From Daejeonella sp. (lineage in GTDB: Bacteria; Bacteroidota; Bacteroidia; Sphingobacteriales; Sphingobacteriaceae), in NCBI GenBank assembly GCA_041749185.1, contig JBGTBV010000146.1, positions 4,898 to 68,897 of the forward strand: a DNA stretch of 64,000 nt. The letters are read 5' to 3'. Under the pieces are notes generated by a model. The model made no database searches and was not told where the DNA came from. It saw nothing but the letters and a program-made list of their open reading frames with translations. This document shows, piece by piece, positions 47,516-56,746 of the stretch (its first letter is position 1; each line of letters opens with the position of its first letter). The position numbers and the translations under genes were made by a program.

Positions 47516-50407
47516 TTACTGGTTGAATGTAAATCCTACATAATACATTGCACCTATTGAAGGGTTTCCGTAGGAAGTAAAGTAATAATTATTCAGAAGA
47601 TTGGATGCCCCAATTTTAATCATGGATTTTACGGAGGGTATTTTAAGGTTTACCTGGCCGTCTAAATTACCGTAGGATGGTACGGTACCGGCTGCGAAAG
47701 AAGAGTTCCAGAAAAACTCGTCCTGCCAGCGGTAATTTAAATTAAAAGCGAGATTTTTAGCGATCTCCCGATTTCCTAAACCCAGATTATAGCGGATTTT
47801 CGGAGTGTTAAAATCGTTGATGTAATTGCTGGGAAGATTTCCGATCTCATTATAAGAAATACTACCGGTAAGGTTGAATTTGCCGATGATGTAATCCAGA
47901 CCGAATGCACCGCCGTAAGAAGTAACTTCGCCTTCGGCATTAACAGGAGCGCCGAATTTGGTAAAAGCGGTACCTGCCGCATTTGCCTGGTAAACTTCTA
48001 CCGCAGTTATAAAATCTTTGTACATGTTGTAATAGCCGTAAGCATCAATTAAAACATTAGGGCCCAACAAGCCTTTATAGCCCAGTTCATAAGCTTGGAC
48101 ACTTTCTGGCTGTACGCCCTCGGCATCGAAGGTGTAGGCTTGCAAAAGCGCCGGGTTTGGACTTCCCGCGGAAGCGGAAGCCAGGAAATTGCGGTAGCTT
48201 ACATCTGTAAAGCCCCGGTTGTTGTACAAATCGAATTTTTGCAGGAGTTCGGGAATTCCACCAATCAAACGGGTTGAACCTCCGCCCACAGACAAGTTGA
48301 TGTACTGATTCTGAGTTGTGGGGTTACGATAACCGGTTTGGTAAGAAGCCCGGATATTATTATTCGGCGCAACGGTTAACACACCAGTAACGCGTGGAGT
48401 AAAGCGGCCGTCGAAATTGGTGCTCTTATCATAACGACCGGCAAAGGTTAGCTTAAATTTATCGTTAAAAAGTTTTTTGCCGATAGTTCCGAAAGCTCCG
48501 TACTCATTAATGTCTATTTCACGATTCAGATCATCAAAAATTGTTCCGGCCGAATTGAGATCATAGATGCGATATGACGTACCGATTTGCAGCTCAACCA
48601 CGTTATTAAAGGCATTTGTAAAGTTGTACATTCCTTCGTAGTGGTACAGATTGGTCTTATCGTCAAAGCGGGCACCTAAACCCGTGCTGCTGCTGATGTT
48701 GGTATTCACAATCCGATTTTTTGCGGTTTCATACGCCGGCGAGCCCGGAGCAAACCTTCCCTGATCGGCTGCGTTACGAGCAAACTGATGGGCCTGATTA
48801 TCCGGGGCTCCGGCGGCACGGGCGCCAACATAGTTCCCCACGTATTGTGGAAACCAGGTAGTTGAAGCCTTGGATGTTTCGTTAATGTAGGCTCCGAGGA
48901 TGGATGAAATGTAAGAATCGCCGGAGTTTTCGCGGGTTGTATAACCTCTCAGCATAAAATTCTGACCTTTTAACTCCAGCTTGTACTGGCCAATACTGAA
49001 ATTACGGAGGGAATACCGGTCTGATCCGGTGTAAACCGACGTTCCCGAACCAAAGTTTGCCTGGGCAATAGCTTCAACCTTATCAGTAAACTTATAATGA
49101 ATAGAATTTGAAGTTTTAAAGGATTTCGTATCGTAATCAACGAGGTTACTTTCTGCGTACCCGGTGCGTGAAACCGGCTGATCCGGGATTAAACCAGCTC
49201 GTAAACCGATGTTAAAAGGGAGCACATTTTGGATTGCTGGTCTTAACGCCGGCGGGAAGGCACCTAGAAAACCACCAATCTGCGCAGGTGTTGCCGTTAC
49301 CGGAAGACTGGCATTAATCAAGGCGATAATATCTGGAATTGCTCCGCCTGTTGCTGCGGCAACCCCCGCCCGGGTGGCATTTTGTACCGAGTTGGCCACA
49401 TTGCGCATATTGGCATTCACCTCATCGCCGTAACTGTTAATGCCGTCGTAATTAGGGTCTGTACTCCTGTCGCCGGGAATAACATTGCGGGCGATGCGGT
49501 CAAAATTATTAAAATTTCCGGCCCGCCAATCCTGGGCCTGCAGAAATGAAACGTTGGTTTTGAAGGCGAACTTGTTCCAGGCTTTGGCATAACGGAACGC
49601 TACATCTTCAAACGTTTGACTGTTCTGCAAGGGATCATCTACATGATTCAGACCAGATTTTACCTGGAAAGCCAAACCCTGATAAGTGAACGGACTTTTT
49701 GACGTTAACAACATGGTTCCGTTTATACCGCCGGCTCCGTATAATGCAGAGGCCGCACCCGGTAACAATTCAATATTGTCTAAATCAAGTTCAGAAATAC
49801 CAACAATGTTGCCAACCGAAAAGTTAAGGCCTGGCGCCTGGTTGTCCATCCCATCTATAAACTGATTAAAACGCGTATTGCCGTTTGAGTTAAAACCACG
49901 CGTATTTACTGACTTAAATGTTAAACTCTGTGCGCTCATCTCCACACCTTTGATGTTGGCAAGGGCATCGTAAAATGTTGGGGCGGCTAATTCGCGTATT
50001 GCTGCCTGCCCCACACGCTCTATAGATACCGGCGATTCTAATATCCTTTCGGGAGTTCTGGAAGCGGCGATAACTACCTCCTGACCCAAAATTGCCTGGC
50101 TTTCCATCTGAATGGTTAATTCGGCAACAGGCCCCGTTATGGTCTGTTCTATGGTGCGGTAGCCTAAATAACTGATCACCATTGTAAAGGGGGTGCTTTC
50201 TGATGTTGAAAATGAAAATCTTCCGTTAGCGTTACTGGATGTGCCTATTGATTTTCCCTTTACGGATACGGCAACCCCGGCCAGGGTCTCGTTTGTTGCC
50301 TTATCTGTAACCGTGCCCGAAATGGTGATGTTCTGGGCAAACGCCGCCGAACTGACTAAAGTCAGCATGAGGAGACCGAAGAAGAAACGGGTAAAAATTT
50401 TAGACAT
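47516..50407 (-). CDS. TonB-dependent outer-membrane receptor with carboxypeptidase-regulatory-like N-domain (no SusD partner)
   Basis: Signal peptide, ITISGTVTDKATNETLAGVAVSV, a plug domain (PVSIERV..., FNQFIDGMDNQ) and a long beta-barrel. Confidence 0.88.
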   Translation of the reverse strand: MSKIFTRFFFGLLMLTLVSSAAFAQNITISGTVTDKATNETLAGVAVSVKGKSIGTSSNANGRFSFSTSESTPFTMVISYLGYRTIEQTITGPVAELTIQMESQAILGQEVVIAASRTPERILESPVSIERVGQAAIRELAAPTFYDALANIKGVEMSAQSLTFKSVNTRGFNSNGNTRFNQFIDGMDNQAPGLNFSVGNIVGISELDLDNIELLPGAASALYGAGGINGTMLLTSKSPFTYQGLAFQVKSGLNHVDDPLQNSQTFEDVAFRYAKAWNKFAFKTNVSFLQAQDWRAGNFNNFDRIARNVIPGDRSTDPNYDGINSYGDEVNANMRNVANSVQNATRAGVAAATGGAIPDIIALINASLPVTATPAQIGGFLGAFPPALRPAIQNVLPFNIGLRAGLIPDQPVSRTGYAESNLVDYDTKSFKTSNSIHYKFTDKVEAIAQANFGSGTSVYTGSDRYSLRNFSIGQYKLELKGQNFMLRGYTTRENSGDSYISSILGAYINETSKASTTWFPQYVGNYVGARAAGAPDNQAHQFARNAADQGRFAPGSPAYETAKNRIVNTNISSSTGLGARFDDKTNLYHYEGMYNFTNAFNNVVELQIGTSYRIYDLNSAGTIFDDLNREIDINEYGAFGTIGKKLFNDKFKLTFAGRYDKSTNFDGRFTPRVTGVLTVAPNNNIRASYQTGYRNPTTQNQYINLSVGGGSTRLIGGIPELLQKFDLYNNRGFTDVSYRNFLASASAGSPNPALLQAYTFDAEGVQPESVQAYELGYKGLLGPNVLIDAYGYYNMYKDFITAVEVYQANAAGTAFTKFGAPVNAEGEVTSYGGAFGLDYIIGKFNLTGSISYNEIGNLPSNYINDFNTPKIRYNLGLGNREIAKNLAFNLNYRWQDEFFWNSSFAAGTVPSYGNLDGQVNLKIPSVKSMIKIGASNLLNNYYFTSYGNPSIGAMYYVGFTFNQ

Positions 50408-50556
50408 AAGATTTAAGATTTGTATGATTAGACATTTGGATAGTTTAGATAAACTTAGGCTTTATTTTAATTTTAAGCAATTTCTAAGAAACTTTTTATG
50501 CTTGCATAGTAATTTTGATTTATTTTAGATGCCTGAGCGGTTCAACCGGAGAAATT

Positions 50557-50617
50557 TCAATTTTAAAATTGAGTATTTTCGATTAATTATTTTAAAATCG
50601 TGCGGTTGATTTCAACC
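50557..50617. promoter_or_regulatory. two palindromes (TCAATTTTAAAATTGA and GGTTGA-TT-TCAACC) in the divergent control region
   Basis: Read directly at 50557..50572 and 50604..50617, between the receptor gene (-) and the acylase gene (+). Confidence 0.3.
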
Positions 50618-50639
50618 CCCTCATAACGATGCTATTCAC

Positions 50640-53072
50640 ATGAAATTAACCAAAGCCATACTTTCTCTGACAGCAGCCTTAGCACTGCTCATTGTTTTAA
50701 ATCTCAAACTCGGAGACATCCCTCCCTTGGGAAAATTTCTGGATCCGTTCCATGGCTTCTGGCAGAATGCAGAAAACAAAAAAGTGGAATCAAGCCGTGA
50801 GCTGACCTTGAAGGGTTTGAAGGGCTCGATCGAGATTAAGTTTGATGAGCAAATGATCCCTCATATTTTTGCCCAGAATGACCACGACGTTTTTTTTGCC
50901 CAGGGTTTTATTACGGCTAAAGACCGGCTTTGGCAGATGGACTTTCAAACGCGTTTCGCCGCCGGAAGATTATCTGAAGTAGTGGGGCCCAAAGCGATTG
51001 AGCTTGACAAGTACCAACGCCGTATGGGCATGGTATATGGTGCCGAAAATATGATCAAAGGCTTGAAAAAAGATGCCCGGATGATGGAGATTATGAACGC
51101 GTACGCCGCCGGAATTAATGCTTACATCAACTCGTTAAACCCAAAAGATTATCCCATTGAGTTTAAAATTCTGAATTATGAGCCCGAAGAGTGGAAAGTA
51201 ATCAACTCGGCATTCCTGTTAAAACTCATGTCGGCTACCCTTGCGGGAGGCTCAAACGAGTTTTATATGAATAATATTTTGAACGAATTCGGGCCCGAGG
51301 TGGTAAAGAATCTATTCCCGGATTATCCCTTCCGTGAAGATCCGGTTATTCCCGCGGGCACCAAGTGGGATTTTAAAGCTCTGCCGATTCCAGAGCAGCC
51401 CACACTTTTAACTTCATCGCCCAAAGAGCGAACAAAAGAAAAAGTAGAAGGAATAGGCAGTAATAACTGGGCCCTGGCCGGATCTAAAACCGCCAGCGGA
51501 TATCCCTTATTAGCCAATGACCCGCATCTGGAACTTAGCCTGCCTTCTATATGGTATCAGATTCAAATGGTAGCGAATAATTTGAATGTGTACGGAGTAT
51601 CATTGCCCGGTGCTCCGGGTGTGATTATTGGCTTCAATAAAGATATTGCCTGGGGAGTAACCAATGTGGATGCAGATGTTTTAGACTGGTACCAGATACG
51701 TTTTAAAGACGATTCGAAGGCCGAATATTGGTATAACAACTCCTGGAAAAAGGTTAAAAAACGTATTGAAACCATCAAAGTGCGTGGCGGCGGTACGGTT
51801 ACAGATACCGTTTACTACACGCATCAAGGTCCGGTGGTGTATACCGAAGGGAAAAAGCCCGAGGGCTTTCCGAAAGCCCGGAACATCCCGGTAGGGCATG
51901 CTTTAAAATGGGTTGCCCACCAACCTTCTAATGAGTTTAAGGCAATTTACATGCTCAATTACGGTAAAAACTATAAGGACTACCGCGAGGCCATTGCATA
52001 TTTTAACGCCCCTGCCCAAAATTTCGTCTTTGCCAGCAACAGCGATATCAGCATTACGCCCAGTGGCTATTTGCCCCTGAAGTATAAAAACCAGGGCAAA
52101 TTTATTTTAGATGGCAGCTTGCCCGAGAATGACTGGTATGGCCGGATCCCCACAGCGCAAAATCCGACGGTCAAAAATCCGGCTCGCGGTTTTGTTAGTT
52201 CGGCAAATCAATCGTCAACAGACCAAACGTACCCATATTATATAAACTGGGAATTTGCCCCTTACGAGCGGGCTCACCGAATTAACAACCGCCTTGCCGT
52301 AATGAGCGGTGCTACGGTTGATAGTATGCGCAGTATACAGAACGATAATTATAGCATCCTGGCAGAAAACATCCGTAAAAACCTGTTATCGTCTGTAAAT
52401 ACCGGCAAGCTTAATGCTTCGCAGCGGGAGGCTTTTCGGTTAGTTGGGGCATGGGACAATTATTACAACGCCGCGGAAATTGCTCCGAGCATTTTTGAAA
52501 TTTGGCGCAAGCTACTTGAGAAAAACATTTGGGCAGATGAATTTGACAACTCAGCATCACTCATGCGTTTCCCTTCGCGGGATCGTTTTGTACAGCTTTT
52601 ATTAAACGAGCCAGATGCCCCTTGGTACGATAACATCAGCACCAGCCAGAAAGAGGTCAAAACCGACGTGGTAACCGAAAGTTTTATTGCCAGCGTAGAT
52701 AGCCTGGAACGGCGCTTCGGTTCAATTTCTGAGGAATGGAAATGGGGTAATGTACTGCACAGCCACGTACCGCATCTGGCGAAAATAGCCGGTTTTGGTT
52801 CTAAATTTTTAAACGTTGGTGGCTCCAAATCTTCTGTAAATGCCATGAGCGAAACGAATGGGCCATCGTGGCGTATGGTGGTTGCTCTGGGCAAAGAGGT
52901 AAAAGGATATGGGGTTTTTCCGGGCGGGCAGTCTGGCAACCCAGGTAGTTTTTACTACGATGACATGATTGACACCTGGACCAGCGGACGCCTGAACGAG
53001 CTTTTATTTTTAAAATCTAATACCGATCAGTCAAAGCGCATTCTTTCAACCTGGAAACTTGTTGCCGATTAG
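50640..53072 (+). CDS. penicillin-acylase-family Ntn hydrolase (possible acyl-homoserine-lactone/N-acyl amide acylase), exported
   Basis: N-terminal signal/anchor and the typical autoprocessing site G-SNNW (EGIGSNNWALAG). The 810-aa size is typical of the family. Confidence 0.85.
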   Translation: MKLTKAILSLTAALALLIVLNLKLGDIPPLGKFLDPFHGFWQNAENKKVESSRELTLKGLKGSIEIKFDEQMIPHIFAQNDHDVFFAQGFITAKDRLWQMDFQTRFAAGRLSEVVGPKAIELDKYQRRMGMVYGAENMIKGLKKDARMMEIMNAYAAGINAYINSLNPKDYPIEFKILNYEPEEWKVINSAFLLKLMSATLAGGSNEFYMNNILNEFGPEVVKNLFPDYPFREDPVIPAGTKWDFKALPIPEQPTLLTSSPKERTKEKVEGIGSNNWALAGSKTASGYPLLANDPHLELSLPSIWYQIQMVANNLNVYGVSLPGAPGVIIGFNKDIAWGVTNVDADVLDWYQIRFKDDSKAEYWYNNSWKKVKKRIETIKVRGGGTVTDTVYYTHQGPVVYTEGKKPEGFPKARNIPVGHALKWVAHQPSNEFKAIYMLNYGKNYKDYREAIAYFNAPAQNFVFASNSDISITPSGYLPLKYKNQGKFILDGSLPENDWYGRIPTAQNPTVKNPARGFVSSANQSSTDQTYPYYINWEFAPYERAHRINNRLAVMSGATVDSMRSIQNDNYSILAENIRKNLLSSVNTGKLNASQREAFRLVGAWDNYYNAAEIAPSIFEIWRKLLEKNIWADEFDNSASLMRFPSRDRFVQLLLNEPDAPWYDNISTSQKEVKTDVVTESFIASVDSLERRFGSISEEWKWGNVLHSHVPHLAKIAGFGSKFLNVGGSKSSVNAMSETNGPSWRMVVALGKEVKGYGVFPGGQSGNPGSFYYDDMIDTWTSGRLNELLFLKSNTDQSKRILSTWKLVAD

Positions 53073-53132
53073 AAAAAAAAAGGCGAAAAACCAATTATCT
53101 GGTAGTCTCTAAATCCAACCTGTTAATCTGTA

Positions 53133-53175
53133 ATTCTTAATCTCTCATTCTTAATTCCTAATTCTTAATTCTTAA
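53133..53175. repeat. short heptamer repeat (ATTCTTA / ATTCCTA), 4 tandem copies plus one nearby
   Basis: Read directly. Copies begin at 53133, 53147, 53154, 53161 and 53168, ending 10 nt upstream of the ATG at 53185. Confidence 0.6.
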
Positions 53176-53184
53176 TTTTCAGTA

Positions 53185-53559
53185 ATGCTGTTCATCCTCA
53201 TATTCATTTTATCCCTCATCTTACAATTATTTTTACCCTGGTGGATCATTGCGCCGCTTGCGTTTGGGTTAGCTTTTTGGAAGTCCAAAAGCTCGTTTAA
53301 TGCTTTCGTGTCTGGTTTTGGAGCCATTTTTCTGTTATGGATCATCATGGGGTTAGTGAAAACGCTGCCGAATGAAAATTTATTGGCGAACCGCGTGGGC
53401 GAAATGTTTATGCTCCCTTCCTCATCTGTAAACTGGATATTTATGCTACTGCTTACCGGGATTGTGGGCGGTTTGGCGGCAGGCTTTAGCGCAATGGCAG
53501 GCTTCTTTTGCAGAAACCTGTTTAGAAATACAAGCCGCCGGCAGGCAGCTAACACCTAA
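53185..53559 (+). CDS. small hydrophobic membrane protein (hypothetical)
   Basis: Four hydrophobic helix-like segments. I chose it over the mirror ORF 53172..53555 (-), which has no such pattern. Confidence 0.55.
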   Translation: MLFILIFILSLILQLFLPWWIIAPLAFGLAFWKSKSSFNAFVSGFGAIFLLWIIMGLVKTLPNENLLANRVGEMFMLPSSSVNWIFMLLLTGIVGGLAAGFSAMAGFFCRNLFRNTSRRQAANT

Positions 53560-53576
53560 ATTGTACCTTTGAGGCG

Positions 53577-54563
53577 ATGAACCCTATTGCCGCATCTGAC
53601 ATTTTTTCGGTTAAAACACCACAGGATTTTGAGCGTGCAGCAATAGAGGTCTTCCGCTTTCAGGCAGAACATTGTAAGGTTTACGCGGATTTTATAAAGT
53701 ACCTGAGTATAAATCCCGTAAAGGTTAAGGAACTGGCGCAGATCCCCTTTCTCCCGATTGAATTTTTTAAAACCCGCGAGGTTATCTCTTCTAATCAACC
53801 AGTAGAAATTACGTTTACCAGTTCGGGCACCAGCAAAACTTCGGCAAGCAGGCATTTAGTAAATTCTGTGAATATCTATGAGCAGAGCTATCAAAAATGC
53901 TTCGAAAAGTTCTATGGCGATGTAAGAGATTACGCTTTGCTGGCTCTGCTGCCCTCGTATCAGGAACGGGAAGGTTCGTCTCTGATCTATATGGTTGATG
54001 ACCTCATCCGCAAAAGCGGAAACAAGAGCAGTGGCTATTTTTTAGATAATTACGCGGCTCTTGCCGACAGGCTTAACGCTTTGAAAGAAGTCGGTACACA
54101 CACACTTTTAATTGGTGTAACTTATGCCTTGCTTGATTTTGCCGAAAGCCATTCGCTTGAACTGCCACAATTGATTGTGATGGAAACAGGTGGCATGAAA
54201 GGAAGGCGAAAGGAAATTATCCGCCCGGAACTGCACGAAAAGCTTTGCGAAGGCTTCGGCGTTCCGGCGATACACTCAGAATATGGAATGACCGAATTGC
54301 TATCGCAGGCCTATTCTAAAGGCGGCGGCAAGTTTCATGCCCCTGCCTGGATGCAGGTTTGCATTCGCGATGTGAACGATCCGCTTCAACTTCTGCCTCA
54401 AGGTTTTACCGGCGGAATTAATGTAATTGATTTGGCAAACCTAAATTCCTGTGCATTCATCGCTACGCAGGATTTGGGTAAAATCCATTCTGATAAAAGT
54501 TTTGATATACTAGGGCGTTTTGATCACAGCGACATCAGGGGATGCAATTTGCTGGTGCAATAG
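53577..54563 (+). CDS. LuxE/PaaK-like acyl-adenylate-forming enzyme (acyl-protein synthetase family)
   Basis: AMP-binding P-loop-like FTSSGTSKTSASRH, HSEYGMTE, and ETGGMKGRRKE with the conserved Lys. Confidence 0.7.
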   Translation: MNPIAASDIFSVKTPQDFERAAIEVFRFQAEHCKVYADFIKYLSINPVKVKELAQIPFLPIEFFKTREVISSNQPVEITFTSSGTSKTSASRHLVNSVNIYEQSYQKCFEKFYGDVRDYALLALLPSYQEREGSSLIYMVDDLIRKSGNKSSGYFLDNYAALADRLNALKEVGTHTLLIGVTYALLDFAESHSLELPQLIVMETGGMKGRRKEIIRPELHEKLCEGFGVPAIHSEYGMTELLSQAYSKGGGKFHAPAWMQVCIRDVNDPLQLLPQGFTGGINVIDLANLNSCAFIATQDLGKIHSDKSFDILGRFDHSDIRGCNLLVQ

Positions 54564-54565
54564 GA

Positions 54566-54595
54566 AAGAAAAAAGCCGGAGCATTGCCCCGGCTT
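54566..54595 (-). terminator. intrinsic terminator after the Tat-exported oxidoreductase gene (may also act for the + strand gene)
   Basis: A stem (aagccgg / ccggctt, 54573..54579 and 54589..54595), followed on the minus strand by ttttttctt. Confidence 0.7.
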
Positions 54596-54625
54596 GCTTT
54601 AATAAATTGCTCTATTTTTTATCAC

Positions 54626-56077
54626 TTAAGCTCCCAGACTCCAGCCTTTGCGGTACTCCCGTTTAACAAACTGGTTGGCTTCGTCAAAGTTGGTAACTTT
54701 CATATTGGGACCGTCCCAAAGTAATTTAATATACCTGCCGGGATAAGAGAATCCATTGCCTGTAGCATTTTGCTTCCGGATGTCATATCCCCTTATGGCC
54801 AGATTTCCCATCAAAATTGTTTCTGTTAGCGGCCCTGCGATTGAAAAATCTGAGCTCAACTCCATTTTGCCATAGCCTGCAATTGCGGCTTCAACCCATT
54901 GAGTATAGTGGCCGGCTTCGCCACCCGGAACCAGCGGTATGGTTGAGGCTACTTTAACCTCCTCGCCCCGCGATAAAGGCAGCAATTTTGGATCACGCCC
55001 GTAGGTGCTGCACATCATTTTACCTTTGGTACCAATAAATAAGGCGCCGTTTCCTCCATCGCCCATTTTTTCATTCGGGCCTAATTCTTCCGGTCTTTGT
55101 GGCTGTATTCCGCCGTCCATCCAATGCAATTTCAGCGGCTGACCGCCCTTATTTTTAGACGCAAAGGTCATAATTGCATGGGAAGATGGGGGGCAGCTTT
55201 CGGGGAAATAACCCCGTTTAAACTCATCAACATACACACTTCCTACACTTGCCTCCACTTCTGTTGGATAACCCAGACCTAAAACCCGGAAAGGTGCTTC
55301 CACCAAATGGCAGGCCATATCTCCAAGAGCGCCGGTACCGTAATCCCACCATCCACGCCAATTAAACGGAACCAGTTTGTCTATATAGTTTTTTTCGGGG
55401 GCAGTTCCCAGCCATAAATTCCAGTCAAGCGAAGCCGGGATTTCTGCTGATTTATCTGGCCAGGGAATGCCTTGTGGCCACACTGGCCGGTCTGTCCAGC
55501 AGTACACGGTATGTACATCGCCAATTACGCCGGCATTGTACCACTCCCGCAACTGGCGTACACCATCGCCCGATGCCCCCTGGTTTCCCATCTGGGTAAC
55601 TACCTTATATTTTTTGGCACCCTCTGTAAGCATCCGGGCTTCATAAATATCGTGGGTAAGTGGTTTTTGTACATACACATGTTTACCCATCTGCATCGCG
55701 GCCAGCGTTATTATCGCATGATTGTGATCTGGGGTAGCAACAGAAACCGCATCGAAGTTTTTAGATTCCTTTTCAAACATTTCCCGCCAGTCTCTATAAT
55801 ATTTAGCCTTCGGAAAGTTTTTTACAGAGGTGGCGGCCCTTTTATCGTCCACATCGCAGAGGTAAGCAATATCACACTTGCCGCCCGCCATAAAACCTGT
55901 TAAGTCACTTTGGCCTTTTCCGCCAACGCCAACTCCGGCAATTAATAACCGGTCGCTTGGGGCGATAAAACCTTTGCCGCCCAGCACATAGCGGGGCACG
56001 ATCATGAAGCCGGCAGCGGCCACTGCGGCGGTTTTCACAAAGTCTCTTCTACTTGTTGTATTTATGGTATCAGACAT
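54626..56077 (-). CDS. Tat-exported Gfo/Idh/MocA-family NAD(P)-dependent oxidoreductase
   Basis: Twin-arginine motif SRRDFVKTAAVAAAGF, a Rossmann segment IAGVGVGGKG, and a family-typical EKPL-like motif (VQKPLTH). Confidence 0.85.
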   Translation of the reverse strand: MSDTINTTSRRDFVKTAAVAAAGFMIVPRYVLGGKGFIAPSDRLLIAGVGVGGKGQSDLTGFMAGGKCDIAYLCDVDDKRAATSVKNFPKAKYYRDWREMFEKESKNFDAVSVATPDHNHAIITLAAMQMGKHVYVQKPLTHDIYEARMLTEGAKKYKVVTQMGNQGASGDGVRQLREWYNAGVIGDVHTVYCWTDRPVWPQGIPWPDKSAEIPASLDWNLWLGTAPEKNYIDKLVPFNWRGWWDYGTGALGDMACHLVEAPFRVLGLGYPTEVEASVGSVYVDEFKRGYFPESCPPSSHAIMTFASKNKGGQPLKLHWMDGGIQPQRPEELGPNEKMGDGGNGALFIGTKGKMMCSTYGRDPKLLPLSRGEEVKVASTIPLVPGGEAGHYTQWVEAAIAGYGKMELSSDFSIAGPLTETILMGNLAIRGYDIRKQNATGNGFSYPGRYIKLLWDGPNMKVTNFDEANQFVKREYRKGWSLGA

Positions 56078-56136
56078 CCTCTTGTTTTATAAGTTAAAGC
56101 AATTTGATCTTCGAAGTTAATTTAAGTTGGTCCTTA

Positions 56137-56715
56137 TCAGGTTGCCCAGGCTTTATCACCCTTCTTGTACGGATAATCTCCATCATATTTACCCGGAATG
56201 GCAACATACCGCAAGGCTTTGGTTGCGCCGACCTCTGAGGTAAAGAATCCTAATAATGTTAACTCTTTGATCATCCTGAAATAATGCGAAGGCTGCTCGG
56301 GAGTTTTATTTTTCATATAAGCGTTCTGCTTAGCATCCACTTTAGTGAAGAAGGCGGTACGCTCTGCGGCGCTGCAGTCCATAAAAGTTTTGCCGGTTTC
56401 TTCTTTGCATTGCTCGTCCAGCCGTTCCATTCCCCGGCGAAAAACCGCCTGGTTTCGTGGTGTGTAGCAATCGCGAACCATTACATTCATAAATTCGCCA
56501 ACTTTGGCGGCTTTGGCGCCCGGAGTACTGGTTGCAGGCAAAATGGTTTCGCCCATTTCATCTAACAAAGCGATTTGCTCGTTGCTAAAAAATGCTCCCG
56601 CAGATTTTGCGTTCTCAACTCCGGGTGTGCAGCCGATCTCTAAAAACAGGTTGGCCCCGATTATGGTTCCGCCAAGCAGAAAACCCACTTTTGTTATTGC
56701 TTCTCTTCTATCCAT
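56137..56715 (-). CDS. gluconate-2-dehydrogenase subunit-3-like small subunit with Tat signal
   Basis: N-terminus MDRREAITKVGFLLGGTIIGA, a size of 192 aa, and a position immediately downstream of a GMC flavoenzyme gene. Confidence 0.75.
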   Translation of the reverse strand: MDRREAITKVGFLLGGTIIGANLFLEIGCTPGVENAKSAGAFFSNEQIALLDEMGETILPATSTPGAKAAKVGEFMNVMVRDCYTPRNQAVFRRGMERLDEQCKEETGKTFMDCSAAERTAFFTKVDAKQNAYMKNKTPEQPSHYFRMIKELTLLGFFTSEVGATKALRYVAIPGKYDGDYPYKKGDKAWAT

Positions 56716-56746
56716 AATATTCTTTTTTAAACGATAGATTTTTCCT

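Noticed and set aside
53172-53555. A 127-aa minus-strand ORF mirroring the small membrane-protein gene.
   Set aside because: The plus-strand product shows regular hydrophobic helices and is co-directional with its neighbours, while the minus-strand product does not. This is kept as an open question in a finding.
54626-56077. Possibility that the Tat-exported Gfo/Idh/MocA protein is a GH109-type NAD-dependent glycosidase.
   Set aside because: The general architecture fits, but I could not align it from memory to the GH109 sequence blocks I recall. I left it as a generic Gfo/Idh/MocA oxidoreductase.
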